DNA of 64,000 bases from Promethearchaeota archaeon (GCA_048937405.1 JBHLNF010000001.1:160001-224000), one strand, 5' to 3'. Numbered from the stretch's first letter, positions 50,751 through 59,219 are shown. Made by a program: numbers and translations. The notes: generated from the sequence alone by a model not told the origin.

Positions 50751-51131
50751 TTGATAAAAAAAATATTTATCATTGATGATTATGAGAGAAATTTAAGGTT
50801 ATATAAAGCGACATTTAATGGTGCCCCTAATTTAGATATCATTACGGAGAGAGATGGGATAAAAGGTTTAGAGATGTTAAAAGAGAGTAATCCAGATCTG
50901 ATTATTTTAGACTATAAACTAACAAATATAACTGGTGTTGAGATATGCAAAGAGTTAAGAAAAATAGAAAAATTCAAAGATATTCCAATAATTATGGTTT
51001 CTTCAACCCCTATTGAAAAAGATGTTGATAGAGCAACCTATTTTAAGGAAGCTGGTTTTAATTTATATTTCTCAAAACCAATAAACATTAAAAAATTTAG
51101 AGAAATCATAAAAAATCTATTATTCAAATAA
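50751..51131 (+). CDS. Single-domain response regulator
   Basis: IIDD, PDLIILD, MVSS, FSKPI. Confidence 0.9.
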   Translation: MIKKIFIIDDYERNLRLYKATFNGAPNLDIITERDGIKGLEMLKESNPDLIILDYKLTNITGVEICKELRKIEKFKDIPIIMVSSTPIEKDVDRATYFKEAGFNLYFSKPINIKKFREIIKNLLFK

Positions 51132-51376
51132 TCATCTAATAAAACAATACTAGATTAAGTAGAACTATACTTTATAGATTTAAGTTTTTATTCCTTTGTT
51201 CTATAATTAGATTTTACTTTATAATTTTTTAAATATTTATTACCATATTATTTCTTTAAATAATTTAAAATTTCTGAGATTTGTAATTATTATGAAAGCT
51301 CTAATTAGATATGAATAATCTAACTGGTGGATTCTTTCTGTATCATTGTTTAATATTTCGAATTATGACATCTTCA

Positions 51377-52114
51377 TTAGGCAAGAATGTAAGGTTTTTC
51401 GTTTATCTCAGGAATCAAAATTATGAAATTACTACCCTTTTTATAATCCCCTTTCACTTTATCTTCCACCCAGATATAACCATTATATTTCTTTATTAAT
51501 TTTTTAACAAGAGTTAGTCCAAAACCCATTCCATTCAAACATTCTCGGATTTCATACTCTTTTTGAAAAATAGATTTTTTCCTTGCATTGGTAATACCAA
51601 CTCCGTTATCAATAAATTCGATTTTAACAAAAGAAGTATTATTCAGAATTATTTTTGAGACGTTAATTAATATTTGAATATTTGAGTTTTTATTGTGATA
51701 TATTGCATTAAATATAATATTCTCAAATACATTCTGCAATAATTTATCTCCTTGAACATATAATCCATTAAAATATGATTTTCGAATGCTTGAATAGTTG
51801 AAATTAATTTTTATATTATTTTCAGGAAATGATGATTCAATATATTCTATGGATGTCTTTAATAAATGGAGAACATCAATAGGTTGAAGAGAATTGTTAG
51901 AATCATCAAAATTAGTTACATTTTTCACATTTGAAATTATTTGAATTCCCCTCATCACCTGTTTATTTATAATATTCATACAAATTCTCATTTGTTCAGG
52001 TTTGGTTAAAGAAAAAGAGCAAAGTTGTAGAGAAGACTGAATAATATGAAGAATAGTCCCAAAATCATGAATTAAAATATCTCCATATGTATCAAATACA
52101 TTTTTTTTCTCTAT
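51377..52114 (-). CDS. Sensor-less histidine kinase (HisKA + HATPase); frame extends upstream of the ORF-track start to an apparent ATA start
   Basis: In-frame upstream of ATG 51991: IEKKNVFDTYGDILIHDFGTILHIIQSSLQL (H-box), bounded by TGA within GGTGA; NIIFNAIYH, DNGVGI, GMGFGL. Confidence 0.75.
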   Translation of the reverse strand: MEKKNVFDTYGDILIHDFGTILHIIQSSLQLCSFSLTKPEQMRICMNIINKQVMRGIQIISNVKNVTNFDDSNNSLQPIDVLHLLKTSIEYIESSFPENNIKINFNYSSIRKSYFNGLYVQGDKLLQNVFENIIFNAIYHNKNSNIQILINVSKIILNNTSFVKIEFIDNGVGITNARKKSIFQKEYEIRECLNGMGFGLTLVKKLIKKYNGYIWVEDKVKGDYKKGSNFIILIPEINEKPYILA

Positions 52115-52328
52115 TGTTTGTCACCAATTATGATGCTAATTATTTTTATTGAATTTTTTTTATCTTTCTTATAAAGATTTAATTGTATTTTATGGTAAAA
52201 TTTGGATTACAATACTATAAAGATTGACATTTCTATAAAAAAACTTATATTTAAATCTTTTTTTTCCAAAAAGGTGTATTACAATAAAGATCATTTAATT
52301 TTTGAAATGAGTTTTTCATCTGTAAATT

Positions 52329-52730
52329 TTAACTTATAATACTATTATTTATTTTAATGTCCTTCCTTTTTAATATTTTTAAAACAGTTTTAAATAATTT
52401 TTCTAAAGAAAATGGTTTATCTAAAAAATATTTTGCTCCTTTGGATAAAGCTTCAATCTTAATTTTATTATCTGCACTAGCAAATATTATTTTTGCTGTA
52501 TTTTCAATCTTTAAGATTTCTTCAAGGATTTGAATACCGTTTTTATTTGGCATTCGATAATCCAAAATTATAATATCAGGTTTTTTATATAAATTCTTGA
52601 ATAATGAAATGGCTTCTTCTCCATCACCTGTTAGACCTAATATCTTATAACCCTTACTTTCTAGAGCCATTTTGTAAAACCTTCTTAATTGGTTATCATC
52701 CTCTGCTATAAAGATTGATGACATATTCAT
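52329..52730 (-). CDS. Single-domain response regulator
   Basis: IAEDD, PDIIILDYRMPNKNG, FASA, LDKPF; overlaps the kinase stop (ATGA). Confidence 0.92.
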   Translation of the reverse strand: MNMSSIFIAEDDNQLRRFYKMALESKGYKILGLTGDGEEAISLFKNLYKKPDIIILDYRMPNKNGIQILEEILKIENTAKIIFASADNKIKIEALSKGAKYFLDKPFSLEKLFKTVLKILKRKDIKINNSIIS

Positions 52731-54007
52731 TGTACCTCCGGAAGTTTAAGAATAAATTTACTCCCTTTGGTATAATCCTCTGGAATCTTGTTTTCAACCC
52801 AAATTTTAGCATTAAATATATCTAAAATACTTTTGACAAGCGATAATCCTAATCCTAATCCACTAAGGCTTTTATTCATCCCAAAATCCCTAGTAAAAAG
52901 ACTTTGTTTCCTTGAATCGGGAATACCTACTCCATTGTCAATAAACTCGACCTTAAAAAATTTTTTTCCCTCTTCTTGAATGTGAGAGATCTTGATTAAT
53001 ATCTCAACAATTGAATTATCATTATGAATAACAGCATTAAGGAGAATATTTTCAAATATATCAAATATGAATTTATTTGCCACAATGAAAAAATTTTGTA
53101 GCTTGGTTTCAATTAGAATTTTCATTTCCCTTTTCTCTGTCCTTTTTTTGAGGTTATTAATTGCTTCTTCTAATATTTCTTTAAAATCTAGTTTTTCTAA
53201 AAATGTTTCAGATTCTAAAATTATGCTAAATTTTCTAACATTCCTAATTAAGTGTGTTCCCCTGTCAATTTGTTCTTTAATCAATTTTATTGATTCGTTT
53301 TCAGTTAAATCTCCAGTAATTTTTAAGTCTTGTTCAAATAATTCTAAACCCATTAATATGTTTTGAAGAATGTTATTAATATCATGAACGAAAAGATCCT
53401 TATAAAAACATTCTCTATTATACGCTTCTTGATATTTTTCAATAGATTTCTCGAAATTGGATACAGAAAACCATGTTATGAATGCAATAAGTACATAAAT
53501 GTTTAATCCAATAAAATTAGGAAAGAATCCATTGATAAAGCAAATAAGTAAATTGACAAAAATAATGAAAAATGTCATAATAAAACTCATATATGGGGTT
53601 ATTAAAAATCCAGCCATAATAATAGGTAACACAAGCTGAAGAAGAGATCTGCCTAAGACAAGTTCATAGGGAGTATCTGAGAGAAAAATAAGTATAGTTA
53701 CTAGTACTAGAAAAGTGCTAATGGCTAATTTATTAGACAAATAGTTATTTACCAAGAAAATAACAATACCTCCGAAAAAAGCAAATGTGGATAAACCTAA
53801 TATCAAAATTGTCTCTTTATTTCCTCCAATAGGAGATCCAATGATGAAGAAACTAAGATATATTAAAATAATCAAACCATCTGCAGATTCTATTCCAAGA
53901 AGTAAAATATTGAGAACTTTTTTTTTTCTCATTTCCTCTAGATCTTTTTTATGAATCAAAAAAAAATAATTTAGAATTCTCTTTATAAATGAACTCACCA
54001 TTTGCAC
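52727..54007 (-). CDS. Membrane-bound histidine kinase (~6 TM + HisKA + HATPase)
   Basis: TM bundle, LFVHDINNILQ, NILLNAVIH, DNGVGI, GLGLGL. Confidence 0.9.
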   Translation of the reverse strand: MQMVSSFIKRILNYFFLIHKKDLEEMRKKKVLNILLLGIESADGLIILIYLSFFIIGSPIGGNKETILILGLSTFAFFGGIVIFLVNNYLSNKLAISTFLVLVTILIFLSDTPYELVLGRSLLQLVLPIIMAGFLITPYMSFIMTFFIIFVNLLICFINGFFPNFIGLNIYVLIAFITWFSVSNFEKSIEKYQEAYNRECFYKDLFVHDINNILQNILMGLELFEQDLKITGDLTENESIKLIKEQIDRGTHLIRNVRKFSIILESETFLEKLDFKEILEEAINNLKKRTEKREMKILIETKLQNFFIVANKFIFDIFENILLNAVIHNDNSIVEILIKISHIQEEGKKFFKVEFIDNGVGIPDSRKQSLFTRDFGMNKSLSGLGLGLSLVKSILDIFNAKIWVENKIPEDYTKGSKFILKLPEVQ

Positions 54008-54739
54008 CCTTAACTAAAAAACAAGAATGATTATAGAATAATAGAATTAATATTTAAATTTAGCCATATTTGTCAGGAATAATTAGCAAACAAATAAATA
54101 CAACTCTTCTCAAATTTCAAGATTGTTATTAATTAACTTATTTCTTCCTATTTTTGTCTAAAAAATAATTTTAGATAATTTATAATAATATCTTCAGTTT
54201 TTAAGCTTTTTAAGAGTAAAGGAAGATTAAATAAGAATCTTGGATTAGTATCAATATATTAGACAAGTTAATAAACATTTTTGGTTATAATAAGAATAGA
54301 AGAGAAATTATATAAAATAAAATTTGAGTTAACATTGGATTTCGCCCTCTATTAACCTTAAAGTAGGTTATTCTCCTCCTCACATTTTAAACTCAAGTTT
54401 TTTCTTCCCTTCTCCTCAAGTTTTAAGATAAGGTTGTTAAGTAGAGATAAATCCTAATATGACTCTTTCAATGTTTAGATCCTTGTTTCTAGGTCAAGCG
54501 CAATCAAATTTTTATTACTGGAAAGAAAAAGCAAAAGAAGATAATTAATTTTTTCTAATTAAATAATTTTTAAGTTTTATGGTTTTATTTTAGATTTCAA
54601 TATCAATTAATAAAATTAAAATTTAATCCATTACTAATTAGAACAATACGGAGTAATGGATGGAAAAAACTAAAATAATAATTCTGGATATTGTTCCTGA
54701 TTTTATTAATTAAAATAAGATAAGAAATTTTAGGAAAGA

Positions 54740-54895
54740 GTGAATAATTATGCCAAATACCATAGCAGATGCTTGTTGTGCCCTCAAAAATGCAGAAAGA
54801 GCACGTAAAAAGGAAGTTATTATTAGCCCTGCTTCTAAGGTTCTTCAACAAATTCTTCGAATATTCCAAAGACAAGCATATATTGGCGAATTCGA
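54740..54895 (+). repeat. Right copy of the 156-bp rps8 5' repeat
   Basis: Matches 39714-39869 with 5 mismatches. Confidence 0.97.
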
Positions 54896-55133
54896 GAGGT
54901 ATGATGACGGAAGGCAAGGAAAATTTAAGATAGCATTATTAGGTAAAATTAATGAGTGTGCAGGATTAATGAGATTAAATTATAAATTATCTCAATTTGA
55001 GATGTTAGAAAGAAAATTATTACCAGCTCCAGGATTAGGCATTATAATTTTTACAACAAATCAAGGTATAATGACGATGAGTGAAGCAGAAGAAAATCAT
55101 ATTGGTGGGCATACTTTATGTTATATTTATTAA
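54750..55133 (+). CDS. rps8: 30S ribosomal protein uS8 (intact copy)
   Basis: YIGEFERYDDGRQGKF, LGKINEC, TTNQGIMT..A..IGG. Confidence 0.97.
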   Translation: MPNTIADACCALKNAERARKKEVIISPASKVLQQILRIFQRQAYIGEFERYDDGRQGKFKIALLGKINECAGLMRLNYKLSQFEMLERKLLPAPGLGIIIFTTNQGIMTMSEAEENHIGGHTLCYIY

Positions 55134-55155
55134 ATTATTACGAGGGAACTATTAA

Positions 55156-55734
55156 ATGGTAAAAATTGCGTTTTTTAAAGAAGAATTGGAAATTCCTGCT
55201 GGTGTAAAAATCACACTAGAAGCTGGACAGCATATTCGAATAAAAGGTGCTAATGGTGATATAATAAAAGATTTCTCCCATATAAGAGGTATAAAAATCT
55301 CAGTGGAGAAAAAAAAAATTATATTTACAACTAACTTTCCAAAAAGTGGAACAGTAGCATTAATTAAAACTGTTGTTAGTATCATTAATAATTTAATTAT
55401 TGGAGTTCAAACAAATTATAAATATGTATCTAAAATTTGTTATTCACATTTTCCTTGTAATTGTGAAGTGAAATCAGATAAGAAAGAGATTCATGTAGTT
55501 AATTTTTTAGGAGAAAGAGCCCCTAGAAAGGCAAATTATCCTAATAATGTGAAAGTTGAAGTAAAGGGAGATGATGTATATTTTATTGGACCAGATAAAG
55601 AAGCTTTAGGTCAAGCAGCTGCTAATGTTAAAAGAGCTTGTCGTATTCGGAAAAAAGATCCTCGAGTTTTTCAAGATGGGGTCTATTTATACAAAAAAAT
55701 GATTGGAGATGAAATTATCTGGGAAATCGCCTAA
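55156..55734 (+). CDS. rpl6: 50S ribosomal protein uL6
   Basis: YSHFP, NFLGERAPR, KDPRVFQDGVY. Confidence 0.97.
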   Translation: MVKIAFFKEELEIPAGVKITLEAGQHIRIKGANGDIIKDFSHIRGIKISVEKKKIIFTTNFPKSGTVALIKTVVSIINNLIIGVQTNYKYVSKICYSHFPCNCEVKSDKKEIHVVNFLGERAPRKANYPNNVKVEVKGDDVYFIGPDKEALGQAAANVKRACRIRKKDPRVFQDGVYLYKKMIGDEIIWEIA

Positions 55735-55749
55735 AGTAAGGTAATTATT

Positions 55750-56268
55750 ATGGTACAAGATAAAAGATTATTAGAACTTCGGAAAAAAATAAATAAAACT
55801 CGACCTTCATTTAGAAGGGTTGAGTCTTGGCGATATAAGAGAGTTAAAGATTCATGGAGAAAAGCAAGAGGTATTGATTCAAGAACAAGAAAAAAAAAGA
55901 AATCTGGCGTTAAATCCCCCTCTGTTGGATACAGATCTCCAAAAAAAGTTAGAGGTTTGCATCCTTCAGGGTATTTTGAGGTACCGGTTACTAGAATCCA
56001 AGATTTTAAAAATCTCAATAAAAATAGACATGCTGTTAAAATCTCTAGCAAATTAGGTTCAAAAAAGCGCATCGCTCTTATCGATTATTGCCAAAAAAGA
56101 GGGTTTAAAATATTAAACCTTGGTATTTCTCAAAAAGAAATCGAAAGTTTAGAGGCTATGGCAGAAGCCCCTCTATCTGATTTTGAGGATGAAGATTTTC
56201 TAGATAATGATGATTTAGAAGAATCTCTTGGTTTAGATGATAAAAAAGCTAAAAAAAAGAGGAGATAA
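55750..56268 (+). CDS. rpl32e: 50S ribosomal protein eL32 with acidic-then-basic C-terminal extension
   Basis: WRKARGIDS, VGYRSPKKVRGLHPSG. Confidence 0.96.
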   Translation: MVQDKRLLELRKKINKTRPSFRRVESWRYKRVKDSWRKARGIDSRTRKKKKSGVKSPSVGYRSPKKVRGLHPSGYFEVPVTRIQDFKNLNKNRHAVKISSKLGSKKRIALIDYCQKRGFKILNLGISQKEIESLEAMAEAPLSDFEDEDFLDNDDLEESLGLDDKKAKKKRR

Positions 56269-56271
56269 AGG

Positions 56272-56733
56272 ATGAATTTAAAACCGCAAAAACGAATGGC
56301 AGCAGAAATTCTTAAATGTGGGGAAAATAGAGTTTATTTTGATCCGTATTTAATTGAAGATATATCACTTGCTATAACTCGAGATGACATTCGTAGTTTA
56401 ATAAAACAAGGTATAATACAGAAAAAATATAAAACTGGTATTTCAAATTATAGAAAAAAATTAAGACATCAGAGGAAGAAGAAAGGAAGAGCTAGAGGTT
56501 TAGGAAAGCGAAAAGGTACAAAGTATGCAAGAACACCAAAAAAGAAAGCCTGGATTAAACGAATACGTCCAATTAGACGAGAACTAAAAAAACTAAGAGA
56601 TAGAAAATTAATTACACCTGCTAATTATCGAAAGTTATATAAGAATGCTAAAGGTGGAATGTTCAATACTGTTGCTCAGTTAAATAGATACATTAAAGAA
56701 AAAGAATTAATAAGAAGAGGGAGAGGTCGTTAA
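56272..56733 (+). CDS. rpl19e: 50S ribosomal protein eL19
   Basis: QKRMAAEILKCGENRV, GKRKGTKYAR, YKNAKGG. Confidence 0.97.
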   Translation: MNLKPQKRMAAEILKCGENRVYFDPYLIEDISLAITRDDIRSLIKQGIIQKKYKTGISNYRKKLRHQRKKKGRARGLGKRKGTKYARTPKKKAWIKRIRPIRRELKKLRDRKLITPANYRKLYKNAKGGMFNTVAQLNRYIKEKELIRRGRGR

Positions 56734-56735
56734 AA

Positions 56736-57329
56736 TTGGCTAAAGGTCCAAGATATAGAAGATCATTTCGAAGACGTCATGATGGAAAAACAGATTATCA
56801 TAAGAGATTAAAATTATTAAAATCAAGAAAATTAAGGGTAGTTATTCGAGCTTCAAATAATCATATGAGAGTTCAACTAGTTCAATCCACATTAGGTGGT
56901 GATAAAGTTTTAGTTTCTGCTTTTTCTAAAGAATTAACCTCAAAGTATGAATGGAACGCTAACACGGGAAACATTCCTGCTTCTTATTTAACGGGGTATT
57001 TAGCAGGATTACGGGCAAAAAAACAAAATATTCAGGACGGAATTTTTGATTTAGGGCTGTTCTATCATCGTAATCGAGTGTTAGCTACTTGTAAAGGATT
57101 AATCGATACTGGAATAGACATTCCTTATCGTGAAGAATTTTTTCCAGAAAGTTTAGATAATAGAATTAAAGGGATTCATATTGAAGAATATGCCAAAACT
57201 CTAAAATCAAATGAGCCAGAATTATATGAACAGTTATTCTCAGGATATTTAAATAAAAACAAAATTAATCCATTAAAACTAAGTCAAATGATTTCAGATT
57301 CATCAAAAAAGATTAAAAATCAAGTTTAA
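56736..57329 (+). CDS. rpl18: 50S ribosomal protein uL18
   Basis: FRRRHDGKTDYHKR, NIPASYLTG. Confidence 0.97.
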   Translation: MAKGPRYRRSFRRRHDGKTDYHKRLKLLKSRKLRVVIRASNNHMRVQLVQSTLGGDKVLVSAFSKELTSKYEWNANTGNIPASYLTGYLAGLRAKKQNIQDGIFDLGLFYHRNRVLATCKGLIDTGIDIPYREEFFPESLDNRIKGIHIEEYAKTLKSNEPELYEQLFSGYLNKNKINPLKLSQMISDSSKKIKNQV

Positions 57330-57344
57330 AAAGTGAGTTAAATA

Positions 57345-57959
57345 ATGAGTCGTTTAAGAAATATAGATGAAGAATGGACCCCAAAGACACGTTTAGGTGA
57401 ACTAGTTCAGCAAGGGCTCATGACACTAGATAAAATATTTCAAAATAATTTAGTTGTTAAAGAAAAAGAAATAATAAATATATTACTCCCTCAACTCAGA
57501 GAAGATGTAATAACTATACGTATGATACAAAAAATGACCGCTAGCGGTCAACGTAGTAGATTTAAGGCAGTTGTTATTGTAGGTGCTGATGGGTTTCTAG
57601 GAGTAGGAGCATCAAAAAGCAAAGAAGTTGGACCTGCAATTAGAAAAGCAATTGATAAAGCTAAACTATCCGTTATCCCAATCCTCAGAGGTTGTGGGAG
57701 TAAGGAATGTGGATGTGGAGGAACGCATAGTATACCGTTTAAAATCAAAGGTAAGTGTGGATCAGTCAGAATCCAATTAATACCCGCACCTGCAGGAGTG
57801 GGGTTAGCATGTGCAGATAAAGTAAAACAGGTACTGAAATTATGTGGTATTGAAGATGTTTGGAGTAAGACCTATGGCGATACAAGAACAAGTGAGAATC
57901 TAGTTAAAGCTACTTTTGAGGCTTTAAAAAATGCTCATAAATTTAACTTTAATATTTAA
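57345..57959 (+). CDS. rps5: 30S ribosomal protein uS5
   Basis: WTPKTRLG, GQRSRFKA, LIPAPAGVGL. Confidence 0.97.
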   Translation: MSRLRNIDEEWTPKTRLGELVQQGLMTLDKIFQNNLVVKEKEIINILLPQLREDVITIRMIQKMTASGQRSRFKAVVIVGADGFLGVGASKSKEVGPAIRKAIDKAKLSVIPILRGCGSKECGCGGTHSIPFKIKGKCGSVRIQLIPAPAGVGLACADKVKQVLKLCGIEDVWSKTYGDTRTSENLVKATFEALKNAHKFNFNI

Positions 57960-57976
57960 AAGTAAGTGGTGTAAAA

Positions 57977-58501
57977 ATGGCTATGGCAAAAAAAAAAATA
58001 AGAATGAAGGAAACTGATTTTACTCCAAAATTATATTTTGCAATACGCATAAGAGGTGCCCCTGGTATGAGAAGAAAAATATTAGATACCTTAAAGATGC
58101 TTAGAATGCATAAAGTAAATCATGGGGTATTAATTTGGGGTACTCCTTCTTATAAAGGTATGCTTATAAAATGTAAAGATTATATTGCTTATGGAGAAAT
58201 TGATGAGAAGACTTTAGTAAGACTACTAAGAGTAAGAGGGAGAGTAGAAGGCAATAAAATGTTAACTGAAGAACACATTAAGAATTTAACTAACTATAAA
58301 AATTTTAAAGAATTAGCTAAAGCACTACTTAACGGAGAAATTCAATTTAAAGAAAAATATATCTACAAAATTAAACCAGTATTCCGATTACATCCCCCCA
58401 GAAAAGGACATAAAGGTACCATTAAAAAACATTATAATGAAGGGGGATCATTAGGGAATGTTGGAGAATATATTAATGAATTAATCCATAAAATGCTCTA
58501 A
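57977..58501 (+). CDS. rpl30: 50S ribosomal protein uL30
   Basis: AIRIRG, DYIAYGE, PVFRLHPPRKG. Confidence 0.96.
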   Translation: MAMAKKKIRMKETDFTPKLYFAIRIRGAPGMRRKILDTLKMLRMHKVNHGVLIWGTPSYKGMLIKCKDYIAYGEIDEKTLVRLLRVRGRVEGNKMLTEEHIKNLTNYKNFKELAKALLNGEIQFKEKYIYKIKPVFRLHPPRKGHKGTIKKHYNEGGSLGNVGEYINELIHKML

Positions 58502-58518
58502 TCTAAAGGTGAAAAATT

Positions 58519-59001
58519 ATTACACGAAAATATCCAAGAAAAGTTAGAAGCATGAGAGGAAGACGTACTCACGGTTATGGGAGAGTAGGTCAACATAGAA
58601 AAACTGGACAACGCGCTGGCAGAGGAAAAACTACTCAATGGAAAAAAAGTAAAAAAAGCTATTATTTAAAACAAAAAGAACTCGGTTTTCCAGACCCAGA
58701 TTGGGATATTGGGAAGAAGGGATTTAAGAGACCTCAAGATATTTTAAGAATTTATAAAGTAAATACAATTAATGTAAAAGATTTAGATCAAAAGATTGAT
58801 AATCTTGTCCTTGACAATAAAGCCACAAAATCTGGCAGTACATATAGCATAAATATGAATGAAATTAATATTCAGAAACTTTTAGGAAAAGGAGAAATAC
58901 ATAAAGCAATCAATATAACTGTTAATAAGGCATCTCAAAAAGCTATTGAAAAGATTGAAGATGCCGGTGGCAAAATTACCCTATTGTCTCAAGCAGAATA
59001 A
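58519..59001 (+). CDS. rpl15: 50S ribosomal protein uL15; frame extends upstream of ATG 58552 to an apparent ATT start
   Basis: (M)TRKYPRKVRSMRGRRTHGYG..GKKGF..KLLGKG..AIEKIEDAGG; in-frame TGA 58510 lies within GGTGA. Confidence 0.93.
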   Translation: MTRKYPRKVRSMRGRRTHGYGRVGQHRKTGQRAGRGKTTQWKKSKKSYYLKQKELGFPDPDWDIGKKGFKRPQDILRIYKVNTINVKDLDQKIDNLVLDNKATKSGSTYSINMNEINIQKLLGKGEIHKAINITVNKASQKAIEKIEDAGGKITLLSQAE

Positions 59002-59071
59002 AATTTAATATATTTTCAATACAGTTCTTTATGCAATTATTTCAATTATTTTTTTCTTCAGAGAAATTAAA

Positions 59072-59209
59072 ATGGCTATGGAAGATTTTGTTGATGATGA
59101 AACCGAAGAGGAAAGAAGAAAACGAAAAATATGTTTATTAATTTTTATAATAGTATTGCTAGTTATGACGTTGCCATCAACATTGGCTATTATTACTATG
59201 TTTAAATGA
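59072..59209 (+). CDS. Small 45-aa single-TM protein (not in ORF track)
   Basis: MAMEDFVDDETEEERRKRKICLLIFIIVLLVMTLPSTLAIITMFK*; acidic-basic-hydrophobic layout fills the intergenic gap. Confidence 0.5.
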   Translation: MAMEDFVDDETEEERRKRKICLLIFIIVLLVMTLPSTLAIITMFK

Positions 59210-59219
59210 TGACTATGCT

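Larger units (their letters stand above)
39870..54739. mobile_element. ~15-kb genomic island inserted in rps8, carrying only signalling genes; no integrase or transposase seen
   Basis: Flanked by duplicated rps8 5' ends 15,026 bp apart; interrupts the otherwise canonical uS14-uS8 order. Confidence 0.8.

Noticed and set aside
39870-54739. Integrase, transposase or viral genes for the island
   Set aside because: No tyrosine/serine recombinase, DDE or capsid-like ORF; gaps 47861-48400 and 54008-54739 show no remnant I could recognise
54603-54917. 104-aa minus-strand ORF at the island's right end, considered as a recombination factor
   Set aside because: Mostly antisense to rps8, with no recognisable motif
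58501-58520. In-frame TGA upstream of uL15 (and of uS14) as selenocysteine read-through, given selB
   Set aside because: The TGAs are part of GGTGA Shine-Dalgarno motifs, do not align to Cys positions and have no sensible upstream frame
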